Positions 8,965 to 16,716 of a stretch of DNA of 25,087 nucleotides are shown here, in pieces. This DNA is from a virus (lineage: Duplodnaviria > Caudoviricetes). The notes beneath the pieces were generated by a model. It was given only the letters and a program-made list of their open reading frames with translations, had not been told where the DNA came from and made no database searches. How positions within the stretch are numbered: position 1 is the stretch's first letter; each line of letters begins with the position of its first letter. The position numbers and the translations under genes were made by a program. Where the stretch lies: positions 1 to 25,087 of IMG/VR virus record IMGVR_UViG_3300037761_000253; one strand, 5' to 3'.

Positions 8965-9855
8965 TCAGGCGTCGTCTCGGGTGCCAGTCCACTCGACTCC
9001 GGAGACGACACCGGTCTGCGGGCTGGAGACGAACGATGGCGCCCAACCGTCGGCAATGAACTTCGCCGCAACCTCCTGCGGCACCCAGCGGTTACCGCGC
9101 TCCGGGTCGGACATCCATGCGGCCAGATCGTCGGCGGTGGCGAACACGGGGCTGACAGGGGAGCCTTCGCTCACCGTCTCCCACAGTTGCCAGCCGTCGC
9201 CCTTCGGCGGGTCGGTCGGCTCCCACGCTTCCGCCTCGGCGCGCTGACCCTCGTACTTCTCCAGGCTGGCGTGCCCCTTGCAAGTCGGGCATGTGTCGTC
9301 GATACCCTCACGCTCGCAGCGGGCACGGATGACGACGCTGGCGTTGATCCCGTCGTGGCCCATGCCGCCCAAGGACCATTCGTTGACCTGCTCGGCGGTG
9401 GGCGTCACGGGCGGCTCGATTTTCTGCCAGCCGTCGCCGCGACTCCAGGTATGCGTGAAGTCCATGAGCCGTCCGGCCTCGACGAGTGCGTCGACGTCAT
9501 CCTGGTCGATGTGATGCAGCCACCCGTTGTTGAAGTGGTCGGCAAGCCGCTGCGCCTCGCGTGCGATGGCGGCCTCTCCGCTGCCGTAGTAGCCGGGCGC
9601 GTCGGCGATGTTGCGCTCGGCGCGCGCTCGGATGGCCGGGGTGTCCGGGCCCCAGGGCGTGGATCCGGTGGTGTTCGGGTTGAAGGGGATCTTCCCGTAC
9701 CAGAGGTCGTATAGGTTCTGCGCGCGCGGCGAGTAGCCGCTCTCGCAGTCAGGGCACGGGGTCTCGTCGAACCTGTCGGGGCTGAGGAACCCCTCCCATA
9801 CCTTGTTCTGAGGCCATTCGAAATTGAGGGGTACTCGACGGACTTCGCGTCCCAT
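8965..9855 (-). CDS. Phage protein of unknown function with split CxxC zinc motifs
   Basis: AGGAG RBS; CPDC and CPTCKG; GWQLWETVSEGSPVSPVF motif. Confidence 0.8.
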   Translation of the reverse strand: MGREVRRVPLNFEWPQNKVWEGFLSPDRFDETPCPDCESGYSPRAQNLYDLWYGKIPFNPNTTGSTPWGPDTPAIRARAERNIADAPGYYGSGEAAIAREAQRLADHFNNGWLHHIDQDDVDALVEAGRLMDFTHTWSRGDGWQKIEPPVTPTAEQVNEWSLGGMGHDGINASVVIRARCEREGIDDTCPTCKGHASLEKYEGQRAEAEAWEPTDPPKGDGWQLWETVSEGSPVSPVFATADDLAAWMSDPERGNRWVPQEVAAKFIADGWAPSFVSSPQTGVVSGVEWTGTRDDA

Positions 9856-9904
9856 GCGGGTTCTCCTGATGATGTGGTGGCGAGTTCAGCGTAGGCCCGG
9901 TGGG

Positions 9905-10357
9905 CTACGCCGCGAGTGCGTCGGCGAGGAGCTGGACGCGGGCGGTGGCGGGGCAGTCGACGGGGTAGAGGACGGTGACGGTGGCGAGGCCGTGGGCGGG
10001 GCGCGCCTTGGGCTCGTCGGTGGGGCGGGCGATGACGAACGACGTCCTGTGAACCGAGTAGGCCACGATCCGGTCCAGCCGCCACGACCTCGCTTCGCCC
10101 GTCTCGCGGTCCATGGCCTTGATGAGGATGTCTCCGGCTGCGCTCACGACTACATCGAAGATCTCGATCGTCCTCACCGTCTCGACGAGGCGGCCGGTCT
10201 TGATGGTGCGGCGGACGGTGACGCCCTTGCTGTCGACGGCGAAGACGTCGCGGGTCTCTTCCCGGAGGTAGGTGAGGGTGACCGGCTGGCGCTTGTCGAG
10301 GGCGGTGATGAGGCGGGTGAGGGTCTGGGTGCTGGTCTCGTTCTTCGTGTGCCTCAT
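9905..10357 (-). CDS. Stand-alone WYL-domain protein, 150 aa
   Basis: ALDKRQPVTLTY...ETVRTIEIFDV...AMDRETGEARSWRLDRI matches the WYL SH3-like consensus (R.F/W.R.DRI). No HTH domain is present. Confidence 0.8.
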   Translation of the reverse strand: MRHTKNETSTQTLTRLITALDKRQPVTLTYLREETRDVFAVDSKGVTVRRTIKTGRLVETVRTIEIFDVVVSAAGDILIKAMDRETGEARSWRLDRIVAYSVHRTSFVIARPTDEPKARPAHGLATVTVLYPVDCPATARVQLLADALAA

Positions 10358-10378
10358 CGTGGTCCCCTCGTTCGGTGC

Positions 10379-10456
10379 GTGTATATGCACTGTAGCCCGT
10401 TGTGCATATACACCGCAACCCCTACAGTGGATCCCATGCATATACAGCCCTACGAT
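10379..10456. promoter_or_regulatory. Divergent promoter with operator boxes
   Basis: GTGTATATGCAC (10379-10390) / GTGCATATACAC (10402-10413) perfect 12-bp inverted repeat. Third TGCATATACA at 10437-10446. -10-like TACGAT at 10451-10456 and TACAGT on the minus strand at 10389-10394. Confidence 0.72.
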
Positions 10457-10462
10457 GGACCC

Positions 10463-10690
10463 ATGGCCAAGCAGAAGACCGACGGGCACACGCCCATGCG
10501 TCCGATCCGCATCCCCGACGACGAGTGGGAAGCCCTCGGCCAAGCCGTCGGCGACCGCAACCGCGCCCGCCTGATCCGCGAGTACATCCGCTGGCATCTC
10601 CGCTGGCCCGGCAACACCCAGCCCACCCGCGCGGCCGAGCAGATCGGCGCCCCCGGCATCAGCAGCAAGACCGAGGAGACCACCGCATGA
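10463..10690 (+). CDS. Ribbon-helix-helix (Arc/CopG-like) repressor, probably leaderless
   Basis: TPMRPIRIPDDEWEALGQAVGDRNRARLIREYIRWHL; ATG 6 nt after TACGAT; no RBS. Confidence 0.72.
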   Translation: MAKQKTDGHTPMRPIRIPDDEWEALGQAVGDRNRARLIREYIRWHLRWPGNTQPTRAAEQIGAPGISSKTEETTA

Positions 10691-10878
10691 AGATGAGCTT
10701 CGCGACCCTCACCGGACACGACAGCCTGTCCGGCGTCCTCCGGTCGTTCGCCGACAAGCTGGAGTCCGACACGTTGAACGACTCAGAGCGGTCCGGGATC
10801 GCAACGGCCTTGCTGCTGATCTCCGAGGAGATCAAGGGCGAGATCAAGCGCGACGACACCGAGGAGCAGACCGCATGA
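10687..10878 (+). CDS. Hypothetical protein, 63 aa
   Basis: ATGA coupling, GAGGAG RBS. Confidence 0.65.
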   Translation: MKMSFATLTGHDSLSGVLRSFADKLESDTLNDSERSGIATALLLISEEIKGEIKRDDTEEQTA

Positions 10879-11411
10879 GCGAGTTCGTAGACACCACCCT
10901 CAGCCGCTACCTCGACCAGCAGCCAGGAATGCGCGACGCACTCCTTACAGACCCCGTGCAGCACATGCAGGTCGAGGTGCTACGGCAGACGCTGAACATG
11001 GTCGAGCGTGCGCTGATCGACGAGGGCGTGCCGGAGGAGACCCGACGCCGAGTGCTGAACCGCGCCGTCTGGGGCGAGCCCGAGGCCCGCGTCGACGTGC
11101 ACGCAAGGATGCGCGACTCGGAGAAGCTGCGCCGTGAACGCGACTGGCTCCTCGCCGACATCGATCCGTCGCCCCTCATCGAGGAGCGTCGACGCCAGCG
11201 TGAGACGGAAGCCCAGTGGGACGCGAACCGTGAGGCGGAGGAACGCACATTGGATCGCATGGCCAGCCAGCCGGATCAGTTGACCACGGAACAGGTGCGC
11301 GGGATGTGGCACGACGTCATGCCCGTCCCGGACGGCCCGCTGAGGACAGAGACCGAGACGTTCGGCGACGACGGCACGGGCCCGGTGAGCGGCGAGGAGA
11401 CCAGCGGATGA
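10875..11411 (+). CDS. Hypothetical protein
   Basis: ATGA coupling, GAGGAG RBS. Confidence 0.72.
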   Translation: MSEFVDTTLSRYLDQQPGMRDALLTDPVQHMQVEVLRQTLNMVERALIDEGVPEETRRRVLNRAVWGEPEARVDVHARMRDSEKLRRERDWLLADIDPSPLIEERRRQRETEAQWDANREAEERTLDRMASQPDQLTTEQVRGMWHDVMPVPDGPLRTETETFGDDGTGPVSGEETSG

Positions 11412-11698
11412 GCGAGACCTTGGCCCTGCGCGCACAGATCATGGGCGGCCCCCACGACGGGCGCACCCTCAACGTCGAAGCGACCGTCCCGCCCGTCGGC
11501 ACGCCCATGCCGCCGACCCGAATCATCCTCGCCGCCGACACGAAGCTCAAACCCGGCGACTACTACGACCTACAGGAAGAGCTCCGCAGGTACGCGTACG
11601 ACTTCGTCGGGTTCTCCGGAGAAGACGCGGTCTACCACTACGTCGAGCCGGGGTACGGCGCGGGCCCGGGGCGCCCGGACGAGGAACCCACGACGTGA
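11408..11698 (+). CDS. Hypothetical protein (GGPHDG motif)
   Basis: ATGA coupling; IMGGPHDGRTL. Confidence 0.68.
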   Translation: MSETLALRAQIMGGPHDGRTLNVEATVPPVGTPMPPTRIILAADTKLKPGDYYDLQEELRRYAYDFVGFSGEDAVYHYVEPGYGAGPGRPDEEPTT

Positions 11699-11919
11699 GC
11701 TGGTCGAAGCCCTACTACACCCCCGCCGAGGGCGTGCAGGACCGAGAAGCCTTCCGCACGATGCTCGCCCGCCTCGACATCGACAGCCACATCACGGTCA
11801 ACGGGACGATCGCCATCGACCAGGCCGGGATGGAGCAGTTGGCCGCGTGGTTCGCCGAGCATGGCGACACGGCCCAGGCCGACGCGATTCAGCGGGCACT
11901 CGACGAGGAGCGGCCGTGA
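11695..11919 (+). CDS. Hypothetical protein, 74 aa
   Basis: GTGA coupling. Confidence 0.65.
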   Translation: MSWSKPYYTPAEGVQDREAFRTMLARLDIDSHITVNGTIAIDQAGMEQLAAWFAEHGDTAQADAIQRALDEERP

Positions 11920-12140
11920 GCGCCGAGCCTCTCTGGCGCGACCAGCTCGAAGCCCACATCCGCAACGAAGGCGGACGCTGGGACAGCAGACGCATGCAGG
12001 AAGCGTGCGCCGTCGCTGGGCATCACGTCACGGTGCAGCGGGCGCGCCTGATCTTCCAGCATCTCGCCGAGACGAACCCCGATCTGCTGGTCAAGGTAGA
12101 GGGGACGCGCTGGTCGTACGACACCGCACCCGCAGCATGA
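11916..12140 (+). CDS. Small protein, possibly winged-helix
   Basis: GTGA coupling; helical pattern ending LLVKVEGTRWSY (wing-like). Confidence 0.6.
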   Translation: MSAEPLWRDQLEAHIRNEGGRWDSRRMQEACAVAGHHVTVQRARLIFQHLAETNPDLLVKVEGTRWSYDTAPAA

Positions 12141-12143
12141 CGA

Positions 12144-12170
12144 AGGCCCCGCCCGGAAGGTGCGGGGCCT
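12144..12170. terminator. Hairpin between convergent genes
   Basis: AGGCCCCGC / GCGGGGCCT 9-bp stem. Confidence 0.6.
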
Positions 12171-12182
12171 CTCGCGTGCGGG

Positions 12183-12467
12183 CTACTGCTCCCCGTCGAG
12201 CGCGTCCTCATAAAACTTGCCCTTGTCGAACCGGCCGTCCTCGTCCAGCCAGCCCTCATCGCCCATGATCTGGTTCATGAGGATCGCCGAGTAGTCGTCT
12301 TCCTTCACGTCCTTGCAGGCGTCCGGCTTGCCCTTGCCGTCCTCCTCGAACTGTGCGGCGAGGGCCTTCCTGCAGTCGTTCACGGTGTCGTCGTACGACT
12401 TGGAGCAGCCGACCGCGGCCCCGGCGAGCAACAGGACAGTGGCGAGCAGGGTGGTGGTGTGGCGCAT
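12183..12467 (-). CDS. Small lipoprotein
   Basis: MRHTTTLLATVLLLAGAAVG-C signal peptide with lipobox; two further Cys. Confidence 0.75.
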   Translation of the reverse strand: MRHTTTLLATVLLLAGAAVGCSKSYDDTVNDCRKALAAQFEEDGKGKPDACKDVKEDDYSAILMNQIMGDEGWLDEDGRFDKGKFYEDALDGEQ

Positions 12468-12546
12468 GGTCCCCCCAAGGACGTGATGGTGGCCCGGATC
12501 GTAGCGGCCGGCACCGACACAGTGGGCGGGAACTGCGAGAGCCCCG

Positions 12547-12759
12547 TCACCGGTCAGACGACTCCGGCATCTCCCGACAAGCGTCCGGGAAGCACACCGA
12601 GCAGTTCCCTGCATCGTGGTCGGCGGCGATCCTCCGCATCACGTCCCCGGCGAGGTCCCGCTTCTCCGGGCCGAACGGCACGCCCATGAACGCGAGTGAG
12701 GGTGAGGCGATCCAGCCTCGGCGGTGGAGGAACATCCGTACGGACTTCGGCATCTGCAT
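12547..12759 (-). CDS. Hypothetical protein, 70 aa, probably leaderless
   Basis: GATAAT-6nt-ATG on the minus strand; CSVC motif. Confidence 0.5.
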   Translation of the reverse strand: MQMPKSVRMFLHRRGWIASPSLAFMGVPFGPEKRDLAGDVMRRIAADHDAGNCSVCFPDACREMPESSDR

Positions 12760-12777
12760 GGGCCCATTATCGCGCGA

Positions 12778-12817
12778 AGACCCCACGACGCCCGGGGGGG
12801 ATCACGCCGTGGGGTCT
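12778..12817. terminator. Hairpin closing the tra operon
   Basis: AGACCCCACG / CGTGGGGTCT 10-bp stem. Confidence 0.55.
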
Positions 12818-12984
12818 GGCTGCCGGTGAGGCAGTGCGCTGGCCGCGCAGCCTTCAGTGTGGCAGGCGCGTCAACTGATCGGGGGTCGGAACGCGGGGCG
12901 AGCGGTGGCCGGCGGACCCGACTCGTCGGCCGTCCAAGTCCGACCCCGTATCCGACCCGCCAACCACCGCGTTGACCTGCACGT

Positions 12985-14745
12985 TCACTGCGTTGCTATG
13001 GCCTGCACCTCCCACGTCTCCGCTGGCAGGATCCGCCACGTCTGGGTGTCGGCGCAGCGCTCCACTTCCGGGCCGAGCGCGCGGGCCGCGTCCAGGACTT
13101 GCTTCTCCGTGAGCCCGGTCGCGGCCTCCAGTTCGCGGCGCGTGCAGTTGCCGTACTTCACCAAAGCAGACCGCACCTTATCCTGATTCGTTCCACCGTT
13201 GGCGGGCAGGACCAGCCGCTTCCCCACCGGCGCCTTCACCGTATCCGCGCCGATCCGCGCGACCTCCGCCGTGAACTCGTCCTTCGTCAACCACATGCCC
13301 TTGTACGGGGCCGGCTGCTGGTGGTCCGGGGACTGGAGGAGGAACTTTCCGGGCGCGTCGAGGTCGCCGGGCTCCCATCCGGGGGTGGTGCCGAAGATGA
13401 ACCGGCGGTGATCCCGGTCCGCCATCCGCGTGCTGATGCGGACGCTGTAGTTGCCGCGGGCATCCGTGGTCCCGCCGAAGACTTTCCGCGACGGCTGCTG
13501 CGTCGCGGCGATCAGGTGAATGCCCGCGAACCGGGCCAAAGCGAGCAGCGATTCCAGCTTCTTCGACGCCGGATCCTTCTTCCACTCACCCACGTCGGCC
13601 TGCCGAACCAGCTCGCCCAGCTCGTCGAACACCGCCCACAGCGCAGGCCGACCGTGCTTGACCGGGTCCCACTCCTGGTCACCGGCCTGCGCGAGGATCT
13701 CCCCGCGCTCCTGCAACTCGACCTTCAGCCAGTCGAGGAAGGCGTGCGCCTGCTCCGGGGTCTGCGCCAGGTCTTGCAGGATCGGCAGCATCGGCGTCAT
13801 CTCCGGCGCCCCCGGTTTGAGGTCGACGCCGTAGACCACGATGTCGGGCCGGTCCGCGAGCTGGAGGACGATGGACCGGACCAGGGTGGACTTCCCGAAC
13901 TTCGATGAACCGGCGACGAGGGCGTGGGCGTAGGCCAGTTCAACTTGGACCGGGTTCAGGAACCGGTCCACGCCGAGCGTGATCGGGTCGGTGAACCGGG
14001 CCGCGGTCTGCCGGGCGTATGGGACCACGGCTCCGAGGGGGTCGCCGTCGATGAACCGGGCGATGAGCTGGTTCGTGAGCGCCCCGTCTTCCAGCATGAA
14101 CTCCCCGGCCACACCCATCCCAGAGGCCACCTTGGACCAGGCGGACTTGAGCTTGTTGCGGTCCAGGTTCACGGGCAGGTCCAGGACTGCGGTCCAACCG
14201 GTTCTGGTCCGTTCCACGGTGCAGCCCGGCAGTTCGGCGGCGAACAGTTCGTGGACCACGGTCCGCAGCCGTGTTTCTTCCACGGTCCGGCCGGTCAGGT
14301 TCGGTCCGGACTGAACCGGCTCGGGCGCGGTCTTCTGAACCAGGGCATGGTGGGCCATCTGCTGCCGGATAAGCGCGGTGTTCAGCTTCACCGACTCGTG
14401 GTCCAGTTTGACCTGGTCGTGGCGGGCGTCGTGCCGGTGCTTGACCATCGCCCCGAACACGGCGGCCGCGCTGATGACGTACCCGTACAGGGCGGCGAAC
14501 CCGCCGACCGTGCTGGTGAGCCACGCCTGCGTGGAGACGCCGGCGAGAGCGAGGCTGCCCCAGGCGAGCGAGGCTGGCCACTTCTTCGCGAAGGACACGA
14601 ACGACAGCTTCCCTGCCGCAAGGGCGGTGCCGAACTCGATGGCGGCTGCGGTGGTGCCGTAGACGCCGTCGGCGGTCAGGGCTGCTGCGGAGACGATGCT
14701 GGGGACGGTGATGGCGGTGATGATGTCGACGCGGTCGATCTTCAC
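12985..14745 (-). CDS. FtsK/SpoIIIE-family DNA translocase, TraB-like (Streptomyces dsDNA conjugation)
   Basis: N-terminal TM segments; HALVAGSSKFGKST Walker A; GVDLKPG; AVFDELGEL Walker B; ARFAGIHLIAATQQP; C-terminal wHTH (CTRRELEAATGLTEKQVLDA). Confidence 0.85.
   Translation of the reverse strand: MKIDRVDIITAITVPSIVSAAALTADGVYGTTAAAIEFGTALAAGKLSFVSFAKKWPASLAWGSLALAGVSTQAWLTSTVGGFAALYGYVISAAAVFGAMVKHRHDARHDQVKLDHESVKLNTALIRQQMAHHALVQKTAPEPVQSGPNLTGRTVEETRLRTVVHELFAAELPGCTVERTRTGWTAVLDLPVNLDRNKLKSAWSKVASGMGVAGEFMLEDGALTNQLIARFIDGDPLGAVVPYARQTAARFTDPITLGVDRFLNPVQVELAYAHALVAGSSKFGKSTLVRSIVLQLADRPDIVVYGVDLKPGAPEMTPMLPILQDLAQTPEQAHAFLDWLKVELQERGEILAQAGDQEWDPVKHGRPALWAVFDELGELVRQADVGEWKKDPASKKLESLLALARFAGIHLIAATQQPSRKVFGGTTDARGNYSVRISTRMADRDHRRFIFGTTPGWEPGDLDAPGKFLLQSPDHQQPAPYKGMWLTKDEFTAEVARIGADTVKAPVGKRLVLPANGGTNQDKVRSALVKYGNCTRRELEAATGLTEKQVLDAARALGPEVERCADTQTWRILPAETWEVQAIATQ
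13851..14405. repeat. Dispersed array of YGRACC/GGTYCR hexamers inside the TraB-like gene
   Basis: About 24 copies counted by eye in both orientations, e.g. 14160, 14166, 14178, 14191, 14206, 14284, 14298, 14303, 14312. Confidence 0.75.
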
Positions 14746-14808
14746 GGTGTGGGCTCCGCAGAGACAGGCGAACCCCCGCGTGTAGCGGGGGCCGGGGCGG
14801 CCGGACGG

Positions 14809-15690
14809 TCAGCGGTACTGGTTCAGGAGCGCCTGGGCGGCAGTGAGACGCCGGTACGCGGTGGACTCGGGGATGCCGAGGATCTTGGCTGCCGTCGGCT
14901 TGGTGATGTGCTCGCCGAGCTTGAGACGACGAAGGAGTTCGTTGACCTGGTCGTCGATCTGAACCGGCTGATCCGGCCGGTTCACCGCGGCCTGGACCGG
15001 CTGAACCGGGGCCGGTTCAGGGATGGCCTCGATCTGGTTCACCGCCTGGTCAGGAGGCTTAACCAGCGTGGACTCAGGGCGGTCCGGTGTGCGGTCCACG
15101 GTGACCTGCGGCCGGTCCGGCGCTTGGCCGAGTTCGGCCTTCACCTGGTCCACGCCCGCCATGATGAACATCAGCGCCTCGGTGTGGAACGCCTTCTCCA
15201 GCTCGCCCCCGTACCCGGCGTTGCGGGCGCGCTTGACGTAGTCGGGGAACGCGTTGGAGAACGCCGCCTTGAACCCGATCGGGAACAGCGCGAACACCGC
15301 GCCCGCAACGAACCCGTTCACGGTGGCCCCGAAGAGGATCAGGCCGTGGGCGAAGTTCGCGGCGACCGACACGGCGAACATACCTTGCATCCGCTTGTGG
15401 GCTTCGATCGCCCGGTGTGGTGACTGCTGGTTTTTGATGACGACGATCGCGGACTGGAACCACACGACGTCGATGAGCGCGAACACGGCCCACGCGGCCC
15501 AGCCGGGCATGTGGAAGTGCCGGCCGAGGTCGTAGAGGGACCAGCCGGAGGCGAAGGCTACGGCGACGGCGAGGACGGGGACGGTGCCGAGGATGGCGGT
15601 GTCGAGGGCGCCGCGTTTGCGGGCGGTGCTCTTGTCGTGCTTGGCGTCGATGACTGCGGTGGCGCGGGCGTAGAGGTCGTCGCGGTTCAT
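14809..15690 (-). CDS. Spd-like (DUF2637-type) membrane protein with C-terminal HTH
   Basis: About four TM helices (ASGWSLYDLG..WAVFALIDVVW..SVAANFAHG), a Pro/Gln-rich linker and TKPTAAKILGIPESTAYRRL HTH; directly upstream of the TraB-like gene. Confidence 0.72.
   Translation of the reverse strand: MNRDDLYARATAVIDAKHDKSTARKRGALDTAILGTVPVLAVAVAFASGWSLYDLGRHFHMPGWAAWAVFALIDVVWFQSAIVVIKNQQSPHRAIEAHKRMQGMFAVSVAANFAHGLILFGATVNGFVAGAVFALFPIGFKAAFSNAFPDYVKRARNAGYGGELEKAFHTEALMFIMAGVDQVKAELGQAPDRPQVTVDRTPDRPESTLVKPPDQAVNQIEAIPEPAPVQPVQAAVNRPDQPVQIDDQVNELLRRLKLGEHITKPTAAKILGIPESTAYRRLTAAQALLNQYR
14960..15152. repeat. Second YGRACC/GGTYCR array in the linker of the Spd-like gene
   Basis: Ten copies: 14960, 14979, 14993, 15002, 15014, 15036, 15081, 15093, 15114, 15147. 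Confidence 0.72.
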
Positions 15691-15705
15691 TTCGAGGCTC
15701 CGGGG

Positions 15706-15954
15706 TTAGTGGCGGGCTCGGGCGGTGCGGGGGCGGTGGGTGCGGATTTGGTGGGCGATGTAGCAGGCGCCGGCGGTGAGGAGCGCGGCCTCGGGCTGGT
15801 GGGCGGCGGCCTCGGCGATGCCGGTGACGATGGCGAGGACCATTCCGGCGGCGAGTTGCGCGATGGTGTTGGCGGTTTCGGGGTACATGGCGGCGAGGAT
15901 GAGGAGGGTGGCGGTGAGGAGGGTGCGGAGCAGGTGGTTGGGGCGGGATCGCAT
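15706..15954 (-). CDS. Small membrane protein (Spd-like accessory)
   Basis: GGGAG RBS; LLTATLLILAAMY and LAAGMVLAIVTGI hydrophobic segments. Confidence 0.65.
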   Translation of the reverse strand: MRSRPNHLLRTLLTATLLILAAMYPETANTIAQLAAGMVLAIVTGIAEAAAHQPEAALLTAGACYIAHQIRTHRPRTARARH

Positions 15955-16034
15955 CGGGGTCTCCCAGAGCGGGCGGGGTGGGCTGGCGCGGTTCTCCTCA
16001 CCGCCCGTGCGAGACGGGCGGATCGGGCAGCCGG

Positions 16035-16220
16035 TCAGCGGCGGCAGTCGAGTGTTTCCAGTTCGGTGTTCATCTGCTCGTGGAGCTTGTTGGCGAGGTC
16101 GCGTTGCTGCGGGGTGGACATGGGGTCGTCTTCGATCTGGCGGGCGAGGGTGGCGGCTGCGGTTACGGAGCCTTGGAGCTGTTCGGTGGTGCGGGTGTCG
16201 CGGCACATGGGGTGCTCCAT
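16035..16220 (-). CDS. Small helical hypothetical protein
   Basis: ORF track; flanked by hairpins at 16001-16021 and 16231-16264; may start at ATG 16208. Confidence 0.55.
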   Translation of the reverse strand: MEHPMCRDTRTTEQLQGSVTAAATLARQIEDDPMSTPQQRDLANKLHEQMNTELETLDCRR

Positions 16221-16275
16221 CGAAGGTGGGGCCGCGCCCCGGTTGGGGGTTTCCGGGGCGCGGCGGTGTGTGGGG

Positions 16276-16434
16276 TCAGTGGTCTCCGCTGGGGAGGACG
16301 CCTTGGCGGGTGCCGGGTCCGCCTTGTTGCTGCTTCGCCTTGGTGGCGGCTTGCGCGGCGGCGAGGTCTTGTGCGGCGCGGCGCAGCAGCTCGGCGGCGT
16401 TGGCTTGGGGGTCGGTGTCGATGGGCTCGCTCAC
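16276..16434 (-). CDS. Hypothetical protein, 52 aa (not in ORF track)
   Basis: GGAGG RBS, GTGA coupling; VSEPIDTDPQANAAELLRRAAQDLAAAQ... Confidence 0.5.
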   Translation of the reverse strand: MSEPIDTDPQANAAELLRRAAQDLAAAQAATKAKQQQGGPGTRQGVLPSGDH

Positions 16435-16577
16435 AGCGACCCTCCGGGCGCGCGGCGGGGAAGCGTGTCCTCGGGGTGGGGGCGACCCGCGGGCACCGGG
16501 TGACGTTGCGGCATGTCTCCACCGGGACGCTGGTGCTCGGGGGTGGGCTGCGGGGGTTGCTGATCGGTACGCTTCAC
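16431..16577 (-). CDS. Pro-rich leader ORF, 48 aa (not in ORF track)
   Basis: AGGAG RBS; VKRTDQQPPQPTPEHQRPGGD...; coupled to the next ORF. Confidence 0.4.
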   Translation of the reverse strand: MKRTDQQPPQPTPEHQRPGGDMPQRHPVPAGRPHPEDTLPRRAPGGSL

Positions 16578-16611
16578 GCGGTCATCTCCTGGTCAGATCA
16601 GGTGGATGGCT

Positions 16612-16645
16612 GGCCAGGCGGGAAGGTGAGATTTCCCGCCTGGCC
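16612..16645. promoter_or_regulatory. Perfect 13-bp hairpin at the 5' end of the tra operon
   Basis: GGCCAGGCGGGAA / TTCCCGCCTGGCC. Confidence 0.55.
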
Positions 16646-16674
16646 GTTTCTGTTGGTGCCGTTCCAGAGTGCAC

Positions 16675-16701
16675 GTTCTGCTTTACAACGTCAAGCAGAA
16701 C
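16675..16701. promoter_or_regulatory. Palindromic operator between the tra operon and the HTH regulator
   Basis: GTTCTGCTTTAC-AAC-GTCAAGCAGAAC: 12-bp arms, one mismatch, AT-rich. Confidence 0.68.
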
Positions 16702-16716
16702 AGGGAGGATGTTGCC

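Noticed and set aside
12854-12988. 44-aa ORF coupled to the traB-like stop
   Set aside because: No clear RBS and atypical composition; the region is better explained as a cis-acting repeat site, though a peptide cannot be excluded.
13851-15152. CRISPR-like or iteron interpretation of the hexamer arrays
   Set aside because: Motifs are only 6 bp, irregularly spaced and in both orientations; no cas or rep gene nearby.
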